Of a stretch of DNA of 64,000 nucleotides, positions 27,577 to 36,270 are shown piece by piece. The stretch comes from an uncultured bacterium. Its GTDB lineage: Bacteria; Patescibacteriota; Microgenomatia; Levybacterales; UBA12049. Where the stretch lies: the NCBI GenBank assembly GCA_963826535.1, contig CAWGXL010000001.1:78336-142335 (forward strand), in the 5' to 3' direction. Position 1 is the stretch's first letter, and the number at the start of each line of letters is the position of its first letter. Below the pieces are notes generated by a model. That model worked only from the letters and a program-made list of their open reading frames with translations. It made no database searches and was not told where the DNA came from. The position numbers and the translations under genes were made by a program.

Positions 27577-28152
27577 ATGAAAAGGGTAATACTTGGCGTC
27601 GCATTTGTCGCAATTACTCCAATTGCGTTCCTTTTTGCACTCATTTTAACCCTGGCCTCATATCACAAAAACTATATTTCCCAGGCATTCATCCTAAGCC
27701 GCACGAATACAGTCGCGTATGCTGCCCTTCCAACTTCTCAAAATACTTTTTCCGCAAATATCAGTGAACTAGACGGACGTGCTGAAAAAATTAGACAATT
27801 TTTACAAAGATATAACTCGCCACTTGAACCTTACGCACAAGACATTGTAGACGCGGCAGATACATATGGACTCGACCATCGCCTTATTCCGGCAATAGCA
27901 ATGCAGGAATCCAATCTCTGCCTCAAAATTCCTACTGACTCATATAACTGTTGGGGATTCGGAATATATGGTGGCAAAGTCCACAGATTTAGTGATTACA
28001 AAGAAGGAATTTATGCGGTTTCAAAAACTCTGGCAACAAAATATCATAATAAAGGGCTTATAACTCCCGAGCAAATAATGACTAAGTGGACTCCGTCAAG
28101 CAATGGAAGCTGGGCTTTTAGCGTTAATCATTTCATGAACCAACTTAATTAA
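27577..28152 (+). CDS. membrane-anchored glucosaminidase-domain (FlgJ-like) peptidoglycan hydrolase, putative
   Basis: N-terminal TM; AIAMQESNL and YNCWGFGIYG resemble Glucosaminidase-family motifs; low certainty. Confidence 0.45.
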   Translation: MKRVILGVAFVAITPIAFLFALILTLASYHKNYISQAFILSRTNTVAYAALPTSQNTFSANISELDGRAEKIRQFLQRYNSPLEPYAQDIVDAADTYGLDHRLIPAIAMQESNLCLKIPTDSYNCWGFGIYGGKVHRFSDYKEGIYAVSKTLATKYHNKGLITPEQIMTKWTPSSNGSWAFSVNHFMNQLN

Positions 28153-28160
28153 AATACACC

Positions 28161-28189
28161 TTGACAAACCTATAGTTAAGTGATAATAT
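28161..28189 (+). promoter_or_regulatory. candidate sigma70 promoter upstream of tRNA-Leu(TAG)/tig
   Basis: TTGACA (28161-66), 17-nt spacer, TAATAT (28184-89) preceded by TG. Confidence 0.35.
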
Positions 28190-28398
28190 ACCAGGCAGAT
28201 CCTCAGGTGCTTGACCAAAACAAACACGTGGGGATTTATTTTGTTTATACCCCTTTTTAATTGTAAATAAATAGGCTATAATAAATCAGCTTTAATAACT
28301 AATTTCTGCCTTATAATTTTAAATTTGAACTATAAAAAGCAAAATTTTTAAACGTCTGTTCGGCTAATGACTAATAGCAAAAAGCTGAGAGTTAACTT

Positions 28399-28483
28399 GG
28401 GCCTGTGGCGGAACTGGCAGACGCGTACGGTTTAGGACCGTATCCCGAAAGGGGTGGAGGTTCAAGTCCTCTCTGGCCCACCA
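28399..28483 (+). tRNA. tRNA-Leu (anticodon TAG), CCA encoded
   Basis: GGGCCTGTGGCGGAACTGGCAGACGCGTACGGTTTAGGACCGTA + variable arm + GGAGGTTCAAGTCCTCTCTGGCCCACCA; one T-T mismatch in the acceptor stem. Confidence 0.8.
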
Positions 28484-28513
28484 AATCCTTATTTCGTAAG
28501 TCTTAATCTAATT

Positions 28514-29344
28514 ATGAATAAATCAATAGTAGATAAACAACCGGATGGAACTATTAAATTAACAATAACTCTCTCCCAGGAAGATATTAAAAAAACACGT
28601 CAGGAAGTAATCGCTGAAATTTCCAAAAATACCAAAGTAGCCGGTTTCCGTCAAGGTAAAGCACCTACCTCGTTAGTTGAAGAAAAAATTGACTTAGAAA
28701 AAGTAAACGAAGAAATTCTCAAAAAATTGCTTCCGCTTGCATATTCACAAGCTGTACAAACCAACAATATTAAACCAATAATGAACCCCAAAATACATCT
28801 GGAAAAATTAGAACTCGAAAAAGAGTGGGTATTCACAGCATTAACCTGTGAACTGCCGGTTATAGATTTAGGCGCATACAAACAAAATGTACAAAAAATA
28901 ACGGCAAAAAGCAAAATAATAATTCCTGGAAAAGAAGAAAAAAAACCAAGCAGTGAAGAAGTTATGAAAGCTATAGTAGAGAGCACCAAAGCAAAAATTC
29001 CCACAGTTCTCATAGAACAGGAAACTGATAGACTGCTTTCACAGCTCTTAAATGATATTAAAAAACTAGGGCTTAATCTGGATCAGTATTTAGCTTCAAC
29101 AAATAGAACACCCGAAATATTAAGACAGGAAAATTCAAAACGTGCTGAAGAAGATATAAGACTAGAATTTGCTCTGCAGAAAATAGCGGAAACAGAAAAA
29201 ATTACAATTGAACCAAAAGAGATAGAAGAAGCAATCCAAAAATCCACGAACGAAACAGAAAGAGCCAGGCTTGAAAGTAACCGGTATATGCTTGCTGCTA
29301 TTCTCAGACAGCAAAAGACCATTGATTTTTTGCTGAATTTATGA
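28514..29344 (+). CDS. tig: trigger factor, short form (ribosome-binding N-domain + C-terminal arm domain, apparently no PPIase domain)
   Basis: MNKSIVDKQPDGTIKLTITL...AGFRQGKAPTSLVEEK matches the Tig N-terminal domain (GFRxGxxP signature). The track's longer ORF from 28454 overlaps the tRNA, so the start at 28514 is preferred. Confidence 0.7.
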   Translation: MNKSIVDKQPDGTIKLTITLSQEDIKKTRQEVIAEISKNTKVAGFRQGKAPTSLVEEKIDLEKVNEEILKKLLPLAYSQAVQTNNIKPIMNPKIHLEKLELEKEWVFTALTCELPVIDLGAYKQNVQKITAKSKIIIPGKEEKKPSSEEVMKAIVESTKAKIPTVLIEQETDRLLSQLLNDIKKLGLNLDQYLASTNRTPEILRQENSKRAEEDIRLEFALQKIAETEKITIEPKEIEEAIQKSTNETERARLESNRYMLAAILRQQKTIDFLLNL

Positions 29345-29348
29345 TACA

Positions 29349-30071
29349 GTGCGGCTAGACATGAAAGCCTATAAGCAAAAAACACGGCCTGAAATATCGT
29401 CTTACGAACAAGACGATATTAATCTACCCAAAAATATTGCACAGGAATTGGGGAATCAAGGAAAATTAGCCACAGATGACTTTTTTAAGCAACTCCTGGG
29501 TAATGCTGCCAATGATAGTCAATATAATGAAAACGCACAGTCTCATAATGCAAAAGAATCACCAAAGAATGAAAAAGATCCTTCTTCCCTCGGAGGCATA
29601 GTTTTTGAATTAAGAAGCCAAATACTCGGCAATCTATTACCCACTTCTAGTGAGAAAATGTCCAAAAGGGATCGCGAGCCTGGTATAAACTACCACAGTG
29701 AATACTACCAATCCATAACCAGATCCGGTGAAAGACACTCCCAGCGTGAAGTAAACGAGCACAGCAAACAAATCCAATCGATCATGCAAGAACTTAAAAA
29801 ATTAGCTTCTTCAACAAAAGCATTGCAAGTAGAATTTGGATCTCTTGTAGTGGAGCCCCCACCGGCAGATCCCGGCAAATATTATATAAATTTCTTTGAA
29901 TGGATGCTCATTATGATACGCCAATCAAGACAAAAAGTTGAAGACTCAAAGGCTTGGATGGATACTGTACAAGGTAAAAGCAAAAAAATGGGCTACTGGG
30001 GAAAAGCCAAAAAAATGGGCACCACATTCACTCAAGCCAACGAAAGAAATGTCGCAACTTCTACCGGATAA
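29349..30071 (+). CDS. hypothetical charged/low-complexity protein
   Basis: 240-aa ORF rich in K/E/Q/S with no TM; an alternative start at 29361 is possible. Confidence 0.35.
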   Translation: MRLDMKAYKQKTRPEISSYEQDDINLPKNIAQELGNQGKLATDDFFKQLLGNAANDSQYNENAQSHNAKESPKNEKDPSSLGGIVFELRSQILGNLLPTSSEKMSKRDREPGINYHSEYYQSITRSGERHSQREVNEHSKQIQSIMQELKKLASSTKALQVEFGSLVVEPPPADPGKYYINFFEWMLIMIRQSRQKVEDSKAWMDTVQGKSKKMGYWGKAKKMGTTFTQANERNVATSTG

Positions 30072-30198
30072 GTTTATCTGTGCTAATTCACTCCCCGCAC
30101 ATTGTTTTCAAGCCTTCCATTTGTTAAAATTAGTTTTGCTTTAATAGATAGGTATAAATTCTCATTCTAGATACTTAGTTCGCGCCCTTAACGCAATT

Positions 30199-30270
30199 GG
30201 ACTCGTAGCTCAGTGGTAGAGCGCTTCGTTGACATCGAAGAGGTCAGAGGTTCGATACCTCTCGGGTCCA
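30199..30270 (+). tRNA. tRNA-Val (anticodon GAC)
   Basis: GGACTCGTAGCTCAGTGGTAGAGCGCTTCGTTGACATCGAAGAGGTCAGAGGTTCGATACCTCTCGGGTCCA; anticodon loop TTGACAT; no CCA encoded. Confidence 0.85.
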
Positions 30271-30332
30271 CTATAGATTTCTAAAGCACGATTAACATCC
30301 CTCTTTATTTTTTGCTATACTAACTTCAACCT

Positions 30333-30572
30333 ATGTCTGAACATATACAGCCCTTTGAAAAATCCAGCCATAAACTATCTTTTAAAGCAATAATTTTCAA
30401 TAACTTTATCGGCGGCATCGCCTGGGGACTTGGCGCGACCCTCGGAATTTCACTCTTCTTCTATATCCTGAGTCTAATAACGCAAAACATAAATTTAGTC
30501 CCGCTTGTCGGAACTTTCGTCTCAGACATTCTAAACTTCATCCTCGCCACCAACCCAAACCTCAGAAAATAA
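30333..30572 (+). CDS. small membrane protein (2 TM)
   Basis: 79 aa with two hydrophobic helices (IGGIAWGLGATLGISLFFYILSLI; LVPLVGTFVSDILNFILA). Confidence 0.4.
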   Translation: MSEHIQPFEKSSHKLSFKAIIFNNFIGGIAWGLGATLGISLFFYILSLITQNINLVPLVGTFVSDILNFILATNPNLRK

Positions 30573-30623
30573 AAAGCTGCAAGCGTCTTTAATTCTAAAC
30601 CTAGTTCTGCTATAGTAAGCTTT

Positions 30624-32390
30624 ATGACAAATCAAAATCACCTTCAAAATCTCCGCCATTCCTGCGCACATCTTTTAGCAGCAGCAGTATTGGAACTCTA
30701 TCCAAATACATTGATCACCATTGGCCCTGCTATTGAAAACGGTTTCTACTATGACTTTGATTTTTCTGAAGCTATTTCGGATATTGACCTACCAAAAATA
30801 GAAAAAAAAATGACTGAAATTATCAAATCTTGGGACAAATTTTCTTATCGCGAAGTAACTGAAAAAGAAGCAAAATCTTTTTATAAAAATAACCCGTTTA
30901 AATTAGAATTAATTGAAGAAATTGTAAAAAAAAGCCTGCCTGCCGGCAGGCAGGGCGAAAAAATTACATTTTATAAAGCCGGTAATTTCGAAGATCTGTG
31001 CCGTGGAGGACATAGCGAAAACCCCCAAAAAGACATAGGCGCTTTTAAACTTCTATCTATTGCCGGCGCGTACTGGCGGGGCGACGAAAAAAACAAAATG
31101 CTCACCCGCATCTACGGCACTGCCTTCCCAACCCAAAAAGAACTGGCCGATCACCTCACTTTGCTCGAAGAAACCAAAAAACGCGATCATAGAAAAATAG
31201 GTAAAAATCAAGAACTCTTTTTTATTGATGACATGGTAGGAAAAGGATTAGTAATGTGGCTTCCCAAAGGAAATATTGTTAAAGAACAAATTGAAAATCT
31301 TGCTAAGGAATTAGAAGCCAAACAAGGTTACCAACGCGTAACAACACCACATATTGCCAAAGAGGAACTATTCCAGACATCAGGACATTTACCATATTAT
31401 CAAGACAGTATGTATCCGCCAATGAAAATGGATGATGGGACGTATTATTTAAAAGCAATGAACTGCCCTCATCACCATAGAATTTACCAACATTCAAATA
31501 GAAGTTATAAAGAATTACCGCTAAAAATAGCCGAGTACGGAACAGTTTACCGCAATGAACTTTCAGGAACACTAGCCGGTTTGCTACGCGTAAGAGCATT
31601 AGATATGAATGACGCTCATATTTATGCGCGGAAAGACCAAATCAAAGATGAATTTAAGGCTGTTTTAAAACTGACTATCGATTATTTTGAAATTTTCGGC
31701 TTAAAAGACTATTGGTTTCGACTATCAAAATGGGACCCTAAGTACACCGATAAATATATTAATGAACCTAAAAACTGGGATTATACAGAGAAAGTAATTC
31801 GTGAAGTATTAGAAGAAATGAAGGTAAAATTTATTGAAGCAGATAATGAAGCTGCGTTCTACGGACCTAAAGTCGATATACAATTTAAATCAATTATCGG
31901 ACGCGAAGAATCAATGTCTACTATCCAATTGGATTTCATGGCCAAAAGTAGATTTGGTTTATCTTACATAGATGAAACTGGACAAGAGAATAATGAAGTT
32001 TTTGTTATTCATCGTGCACCTCTATCAACCCATGAAAGATTCATGGCATTTCTTATTGAACATACTGCCGGAGCTTTCCCTCTCTGGTTAGCTCCGGTTC
32101 AAGTTATCCTACTACCAATCGCCGATAGACACAATGATTTCGCCGAAAAACTAAACAATGAACTTTTAGAAAATAATATCCGCTCCCAGGTTGATACACG
32201 TCCGGAGCGACTCCAAGCCAAAATCCGAGACGCTACTTTACAAAAAGTACCCTTTATGGGTATAATAGGGGACAAAGAGATTGCTGACGAAGTGATTTCA
32301 GTGAGAGCAAGAACAGGAGAAGACTTGGGACTTAACAAGCTTCCTAAGTTTTTGCAAAAATTAAAAGAAGACATTGATAAGAAGAGGTAG
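30624..32390 (+). CDS. thrS: threonyl-tRNA synthetase (lacks N-terminal TGS domain)
   Basis: Starts in the N2/editing domain (HSCAHLLAAAV...GFYYDFDF); class II motifs and anticodon-binding C-terminus; 588 aa. Confidence 0.95.
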   Translation: MTNQNHLQNLRHSCAHLLAAAVLELYPNTLITIGPAIENGFYYDFDFSEAISDIDLPKIEKKMTEIIKSWDKFSYREVTEKEAKSFYKNNPFKLELIEEIVKKSLPAGRQGEKITFYKAGNFEDLCRGGHSENPQKDIGAFKLLSIAGAYWRGDEKNKMLTRIYGTAFPTQKELADHLTLLEETKKRDHRKIGKNQELFFIDDMVGKGLVMWLPKGNIVKEQIENLAKELEAKQGYQRVTTPHIAKEELFQTSGHLPYYQDSMYPPMKMDDGTYYLKAMNCPHHHRIYQHSNRSYKELPLKIAEYGTVYRNELSGTLAGLLRVRALDMNDAHIYARKDQIKDEFKAVLKLTIDYFEIFGLKDYWFRLSKWDPKYTDKYINEPKNWDYTEKVIREVLEEMKVKFIEADNEAAFYGPKVDIQFKSIIGREESMSTIQLDFMAKSRFGLSYIDETGQENNEVFVIHRAPLSTHERFMAFLIEHTAGAFPLWLAPVQVILLPIADRHNDFAEKLNNELLENNIRSQVDTRPERLQAKIRDATLQKVPFMGIIGDKEIADEVISVRARTGEDLGLNKLPKFLQKLKEDIDKKR

Positions 32391-33018
32391 ACAGGAACAA
32401 CAAAGACAGAGGTATTACAGAATTAACCATCGTATCAACGCTCCGCAAATAAGAGTGCTTGATGCGAAAGGGCAGCAAATCGGACTTTTAACAAAACAGG
32501 AAGCTTTGAACCTTGCCCAATCACAAGAACTTGATTTGGTGGAAGTAGCTCCAATGGCTAATCCGCCTGTTGCCAAAATTATAAATTTTAAGAAGTTCTT
32601 ATACCAGCAGGAAAAAAAGAAAAAGGAAGAAAAAAGAAAAGCAAAAGTATCCCAAACTAAAGAAATAAGACTTGGTCCGTTTATGTCAGAAAACGATCTC
32701 CAAGTCAGGATTAAAAGGGGCCGGGAGTTTATTGAAGACGGTAATAAATTACGCCTTGTAGTAAAATTTAAAGGCAGACAAATCACACACCCTGAATTTG
32801 GTCGTAAAATTATTAGTAATGTTATTGAGGCGCTTTCTGAAATATCAAAAGTTGATCGAGAACCTCGCTTTGAAGGAAGACAGATGATCGCAGTATTATC
32901 AGTTGAAAAAGGAAAAAAACATGCCGAAGACCCTGCTCGTCAACCTGAACGCAGCGAAGGATCTCCAAAAGATCCTAAATTAATTGAGAAAAACAAAAAA
33001 TTAGGAATTAAAATATGA
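32374..33018 (+). CDS. infC: translation initiation factor IF-3
   Basis: INAPQIRVLDAKGQQIGLL...ELDLVEVAPMANPPVAKIINFKKF IF-3 N- and C-domains plus a Lys-rich C-terminal tail. The true start is probably the non-canonical ATT at 32422, with GAGG 9 nt upstream; the 32374 ATG overlaps thrS. Confidence 0.85.
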   Translation: MIRRGRQEQQRQRYYRINHRINAPQIRVLDAKGQQIGLLTKQEALNLAQSQELDLVEVAPMANPPVAKIINFKKFLYQQEKKKKEEKRKAKVSQTKEIRLGPFMSENDLQVRIKRGREFIEDGNKLRLVVKFKGRQITHPEFGRKIISNVIEALSEISKVDREPRFEGRQMIAVLSVEKGKKHAEDPARQPERSEGSPKDPKLIEKNKKLGIKI

Positions 33019-33218
33019 AAAAAGTTAAGAAAAAAATTAAGGGCAGTTTAACCAGAAGATTCAAAATAACTAAAACCGGAAAAGTAATGTTCCGACATCA
33101 ATACGGCCGTCATCATAAACTCAAAAAATCCGGCAGCCGGATCAGAAGACAAAACGAACCTGGCGTCTTAGCAGAGCCGCTAGCAAGAAAAGTGAGAAAA
33201 ATGCTAGGCTACGCCTAG
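33015..33218 (+). CDS. rpmI: 50S ribosomal protein L35
   Basis: MKKVKKKIKGSLTRRFKITKTGKVMFRHQYGRHHKLKK is a typical L35. Confidence 0.9.
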   Translation: MKKVKKKIKGSLTRRFKITKTGKVMFRHQYGRHHKLKKSGSRIRRQNEPGVLAEPLARKVRKMLGYA

Positions 33219-33338
33219 AATCAGTTAAAAGTGCAAAATTAAAAATTGAAGAGGGAAAAAATAATAAGTTATTCTTCCTTATATAACTTTGAACTTTGCA
33301 TTTTGAATTTTGAATTTGAGTGACTGAAAGGAACGATT

Positions 33339-33689
33339 ATGGCCAGAGTAAAACGAGGAACAGTATCCAGAAGAAAACACAATAAGCTCTTGGATCGCAC
33401 CAAAGGCTATCGTGGTACCAAAAACAGGCTTATCAGGGTAGCCAAAGAAGCCTCGCTGCATGCCGATCAATACGCCTATCATGGCCGCAAACTTCGCAAA
33501 AGAAACTTCCGTACACTATGGATCACCCGCATTGGTGAAGCTGTTAAACAACAAGACATTTCCTACAGTGTATTTATAAACAAACTCAAAAAAGCCAATA
33601 TCACCATAGACCGCAAAATTCTAAGTAAACTACTACTAGAAGACCCCCAAACCTTCAAACAAATCGTCGAAACCGCCAAAAACTCCTAA
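33339..33689 (+). CDS. rplT: 50S ribosomal protein L20
   Basis: MARVKRGTVSRRKHNKLLDRTKGYRGTKNRLIRVAKEA... is a canonical L20. Confidence 0.95.
   Translation: MARVKRGTVSRRKHNKLLDRTKGYRGTKNRLIRVAKEASLHADQYAYHGRKLRKRNFRTLWITRIGEAVKQQDISYSVFINKLKKANITIDRKILSKLLLEDPQTFKQIVETAKNS
33611..33689 (+). repeat. direct repeat copy 1 (rplT 3' end)
   Basis: About 79 bp with roughly 88% identity to 34390-34468; the two copies flank the vapBC cassette. Confidence 0.7.
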
Positions 33690-33703
33690 TACAAAAATTA
33701 CAA

Positions 33704-34105
33704 TCACAAAGACTGTACAAAAGGAAATTTAACTTTATTTACAAATTTACGATCAGCAGTAACAAGCTTAATATTTTTCTTTTTCGCAATTACCGCATAT
33801 ATCATATCGTAGACAGTAGTTTTATATTTATTAGCAAGTATCGATGCTTCTTGTATCTCAGATTCCTGAATTTCATAAACCTTAAAACTAGCAGCATATA
33901 AAAGCTCTAAGCCCTCAACAATACGAACCTCCTTAATTTTTGATTTTGTAACTAATGCATTTGCTACTTCAATAAAAAGCAGAGACGGTACAATAATTTC
34001 ATCTGTCCCTGCAATATGGTTTCTTAGAATTTCCGCTGCATTACCACTTCCTTCTTCTTGGGTATTTATAAATTTTAAAACAATAGAGGCATCTATAACT
34101 ATCAT
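33704..34105 (-). CDS. vapC: PIN-domain ribonuclease toxin
   Basis: MIVIDASIVLKF...; acidic residues at PIN positions (D5, E/D mid, D near C-terminus: VTADRKF); 4-nt overlap with the upstream antitoxin. Confidence 0.8.
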   Translation of the reverse strand: MIVIDASIVLKFINTQEEGSGNAAEILRNHIAGTDEIIVPSLLFIEVANALVTKSKIKEVRIVEGLELLYAASFKVYEIQESEIQEASILANKYKTTVYDMIYAVIAKKKNIKLVTADRKFVNKVKFPFVQSL

Positions 34106-34347
34106 TGCTCGTACCGCATCTCAATGACTCTCTTACTTAAATTGAGACCAGGGTTTTCTTTAGCTAACTTCCTACCGAATTTTTTCATACGCTCAAGTAA
34201 TCTATTCTTATCGTTTTTTATTGTTTTTTTTTCTGCTAATTGCTCACGAATAACTGCTGCGACACTCTTCCGCTCCTTCGCTGCTTTAAGCTTCAATTCC
34301 ATATAAAGATCTTCAGGTATTCTCAAATTTGTAGTTATCCAATTCAT
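34102..34347 (-). CDS. vapB: ribbon-helix-helix-type antitoxin
   Basis: N-terminal ...LRIPEDLYMELKLKAAKERKSVAAVIREQLAE (RHH-like), 81 aa, overlaps vapC. Confidence 0.6.
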   Translation of the reverse strand: MNWITTNLRIPEDLYMELKLKAAKERKSVAAVIREQLAEKKTIKNDKNRLLERMKKFGRKLAKENPGLNLSKRVIEMRYEQ

Positions 34348-34389
34348 AGCACAATTGTACTAATATACTGCTAATTCGTCAAGCAAATT

Positions 34390-34468
34390 CCGCAAAATTC
34401 TGAGCATTCTACTTCTTGAAGACCCCCAAACCTTCAATCAAGTCGTCGAAACCGCCAAAAACGCATAA
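34390..34468 (+). repeat. direct repeat copy 2 (non-coding relic of rplT 3' end)
   Basis: Encodes ...LLLEDPQTFNQVVETAKNA* against the authentic rplT end ...LLLEDPQTFKQIVETAKNS*; not attached to an ORF. Confidence 0.7.
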
Positions 34469-34527
34469 TAAACTATTTCTATCTGTCAATTAATTATTTA
34501 GTATAAATTTTTGCTATAATTCCAATT

Positions 34528-35016
34528 ATGAGCATTGTCATCAAAGAGTTATCAGAAAAAGATAAGATGCCCCTAGAAAAAATATACCGAGAAACAGTAC
34601 TGAAAGAGTTTTTTGAATATACCCTTAATATACGAAAATATCTCACCAGTTCACCCGAGAAAGATGCTGCCTTAAAATTACCTATTAAAATCGGTGCATT
34701 TTATAATCAAAAATTAATAGGGTACTTAATGGCTGAAAAACCGTATGGAGGGATATTGTTTATCCCTTGGCTTGCAATCCTCAAAGAGCACCAACACAAG
34801 GGTGTAGGGAAAAAACTCTTGAAATCAATCGAAAAAAAAGCATCCATATTAGGAGTGCATAGTATTCATTTACAGTCGGATAAACTGAACGTTCCATTTT
34901 ACGAAAAATGTGGCTACACTGTTTTCGGATTTGATGAAAAAGGCTACTGGGGTACAGATAATTACCTTTTGAAAAAACCTATCATGGAACCGCATGAAGA
35001 AGCGTTTCTAAAATAA
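34528..35016 (+). CDS. GNAT-family N-acetyltransferase
   Basis: Acetyl-CoA-binding motif Q/HxxGVGKKLL (HQHKGVGKKLLKSIEKKA) and the GNAT beta-bulge region. Confidence 0.75.
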   Translation: MSIVIKELSEKDKMPLEKIYRETVLKEFFEYTLNIRKYLTSSPEKDAALKLPIKIGAFYNQKLIGYLMAEKPYGGILFIPWLAILKEHQHKGVGKKLLKSIEKKASILGVHSIHLQSDKLNVPFYEKCGYTVFGFDEKGYWGTDNYLLKKPIMEPHEEAFLK

Positions 35017-35072
35017 ATAAAAGACGCATCTATTCTGACAAGTCCATAAGTATTTGCTATAATCAATCTTAA

Positions 35073-36152
35073 ATGAAAGACAAGCTCCATAATATCAAAA
35101 ACGAAGCCATCTCATTAATCCTCTCTGCGCAAGACAAAAAAGAACTCGAAGAAATCCGCATTCAATTCTTGGGCCGCAATGGATCATTAACTCTGGCAAT
35201 GAAAGAAATCACAAATTTATCAAACGAAGAAAAACCCAGAATGGGCAAACTCATCAATGAAATAAAAACCATAATAGAAAATACAATTTACGAAAAATTA
35301 CAACAACTGACTCAACGCTCTCAACCCATAACTCATAACTTGGATGTCACCGAGCCGGGTATCCGTCCACCACTTGGACACCTTCACTTAGTAACTCAAG
35401 CGATCGAAGAAGTAACCACGATCTTTGAACGCATCGGATTCTCACGCGTTAAATATCCTGAAGTTGAATGGGATTATTATGCCTTCACTGCACTAAACTT
35501 TCCTGAAAATCACCCAGCCCGTGACGACTGGGAAACTTTCTTCACCACAGAAAAAAACCATTCCGAAAAAGGCTCAATTATCCTCACCCCACACACTTCC
35601 TCCGGACAGGTAAGGGAAATGGAAAAAGCAGTTGCCCAAAGTAAAAAAAACGGAAACCCTATAGACATTAAAATGCTAAATATTGCCAAGTGCTATAGGA
35701 GGCAATCAGATATCTCCCACACACAAATGTTTCACCAATTTGAAGGCCTTGTTGTCGGCAGCAATATCGCAATTACTCATTTGAAAGGTGTACTGGACTA
35801 TTTTGTCAAATCATATTTCGGCGAAAAGCGAATCTCAAGAATCCGACCATACCACTTCCAATTTACAGAACCATCGTTTGAAGTTGATGTAAGTTGCGGC
35901 ATTTGCAATGGTTCAGGGTTCATTAATAATCACGTCCCTTGCCGTCTATGTAAAGAAGGATGGCTCGAACTTGGAGGAGCCGGAATGGTTCATCCTAATG
36001 TTTTAAAATATGGAGGAATTAATCCAGAAAAATATACCGGCTTTGCCTTCGGCTGGGGAATAGAGCGGGTATTAATGATGAAAGAAGACCTGATTATTGA
36101 CGACTTAAGATTACTTTATTCCAATAAATTAGATTTCCTGGAGCAATTTTAA
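35073..36152 (+). CDS. pheS: phenylalanyl-tRNA synthetase alpha subunit
   Basis: Class II motifs (FRxE-like, GLELGGAGMVHPNVL, GFAFGWGIERV) plus a Bacillus-type CxxC..CxxC zinc-ribbon insertion. Confidence 0.95.
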   Translation: MKDKLHNIKNEAISLILSAQDKKELEEIRIQFLGRNGSLTLAMKEITNLSNEEKPRMGKLINEIKTIIENTIYEKLQQLTQRSQPITHNLDVTEPGIRPPLGHLHLVTQAIEEVTTIFERIGFSRVKYPEVEWDYYAFTALNFPENHPARDDWETFFTTEKNHSEKGSIILTPHTSSGQVREMEKAVAQSKKNGNPIDIKMLNIAKCYRRQSDISHTQMFHQFEGLVVGSNIAITHLKGVLDYFVKSYFGEKRISRIRPYHFQFTEPSFEVDVSCGICNGSGFINNHVPCRLCKEGWLELGGAGMVHPNVLKYGGINPEKYTGFAFGWGIERVLMMKEDLIIDDLRLLYSNKLDFLEQF

Positions 36153-36270
36153 AATGTCATCCCGACCGAAGCGATAGCGAAGCGGAGGGATCTCATACCA
36201 CTTATTTACTAAAAAAGACTGTGGCGTGAGATTCCTCGACTCCTTTCAGTCGCTCGGAATGACAAATGAA
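36153..36270. repeat. ~115-bp GC-rich imperfect palindrome (inverted pair of GTCATYCCGA(C)CGAAGCG units) between pheS and pheT
   Basis: tgtcatcccgaccgaagcg...gagggatctca // tgagattcctc...cgctcggaatgaca, a MITE/REP-like inverted repeat. Confidence 0.5.

Noticed and set aside
28454-28513. Upstream extension of the trigger factor ORF (MEVQVLSGPPNPYFVSLNLI) overlapping tRNA-Leu(TAG)
   Set aside because: Extension is read through the tRNA 3' end; Tig homology begins at MNKSIVDK (28514).
32374-32390. thrS/infC 17-nt overlap considered as frameshift or fusion
   Set aside because: Explained by the conserved non-AUG start of infC; both proteins are full length.
33219-33338. ttttgaa direct repeats between rpmI and rplT considered as L20 operator mimic
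   Set aside because: AT-rich simple repeats without convincing secondary structure; could not support a regulatory call from sequence alone.
35880-35950. CxxC..CxxC insertion in PheS considered as a novel zinc-ribbon acquisition
   Set aside because: The same zinc-ribbon insertion before the GAGMVHPNVL motif is standard in Bacillus-type PheS.
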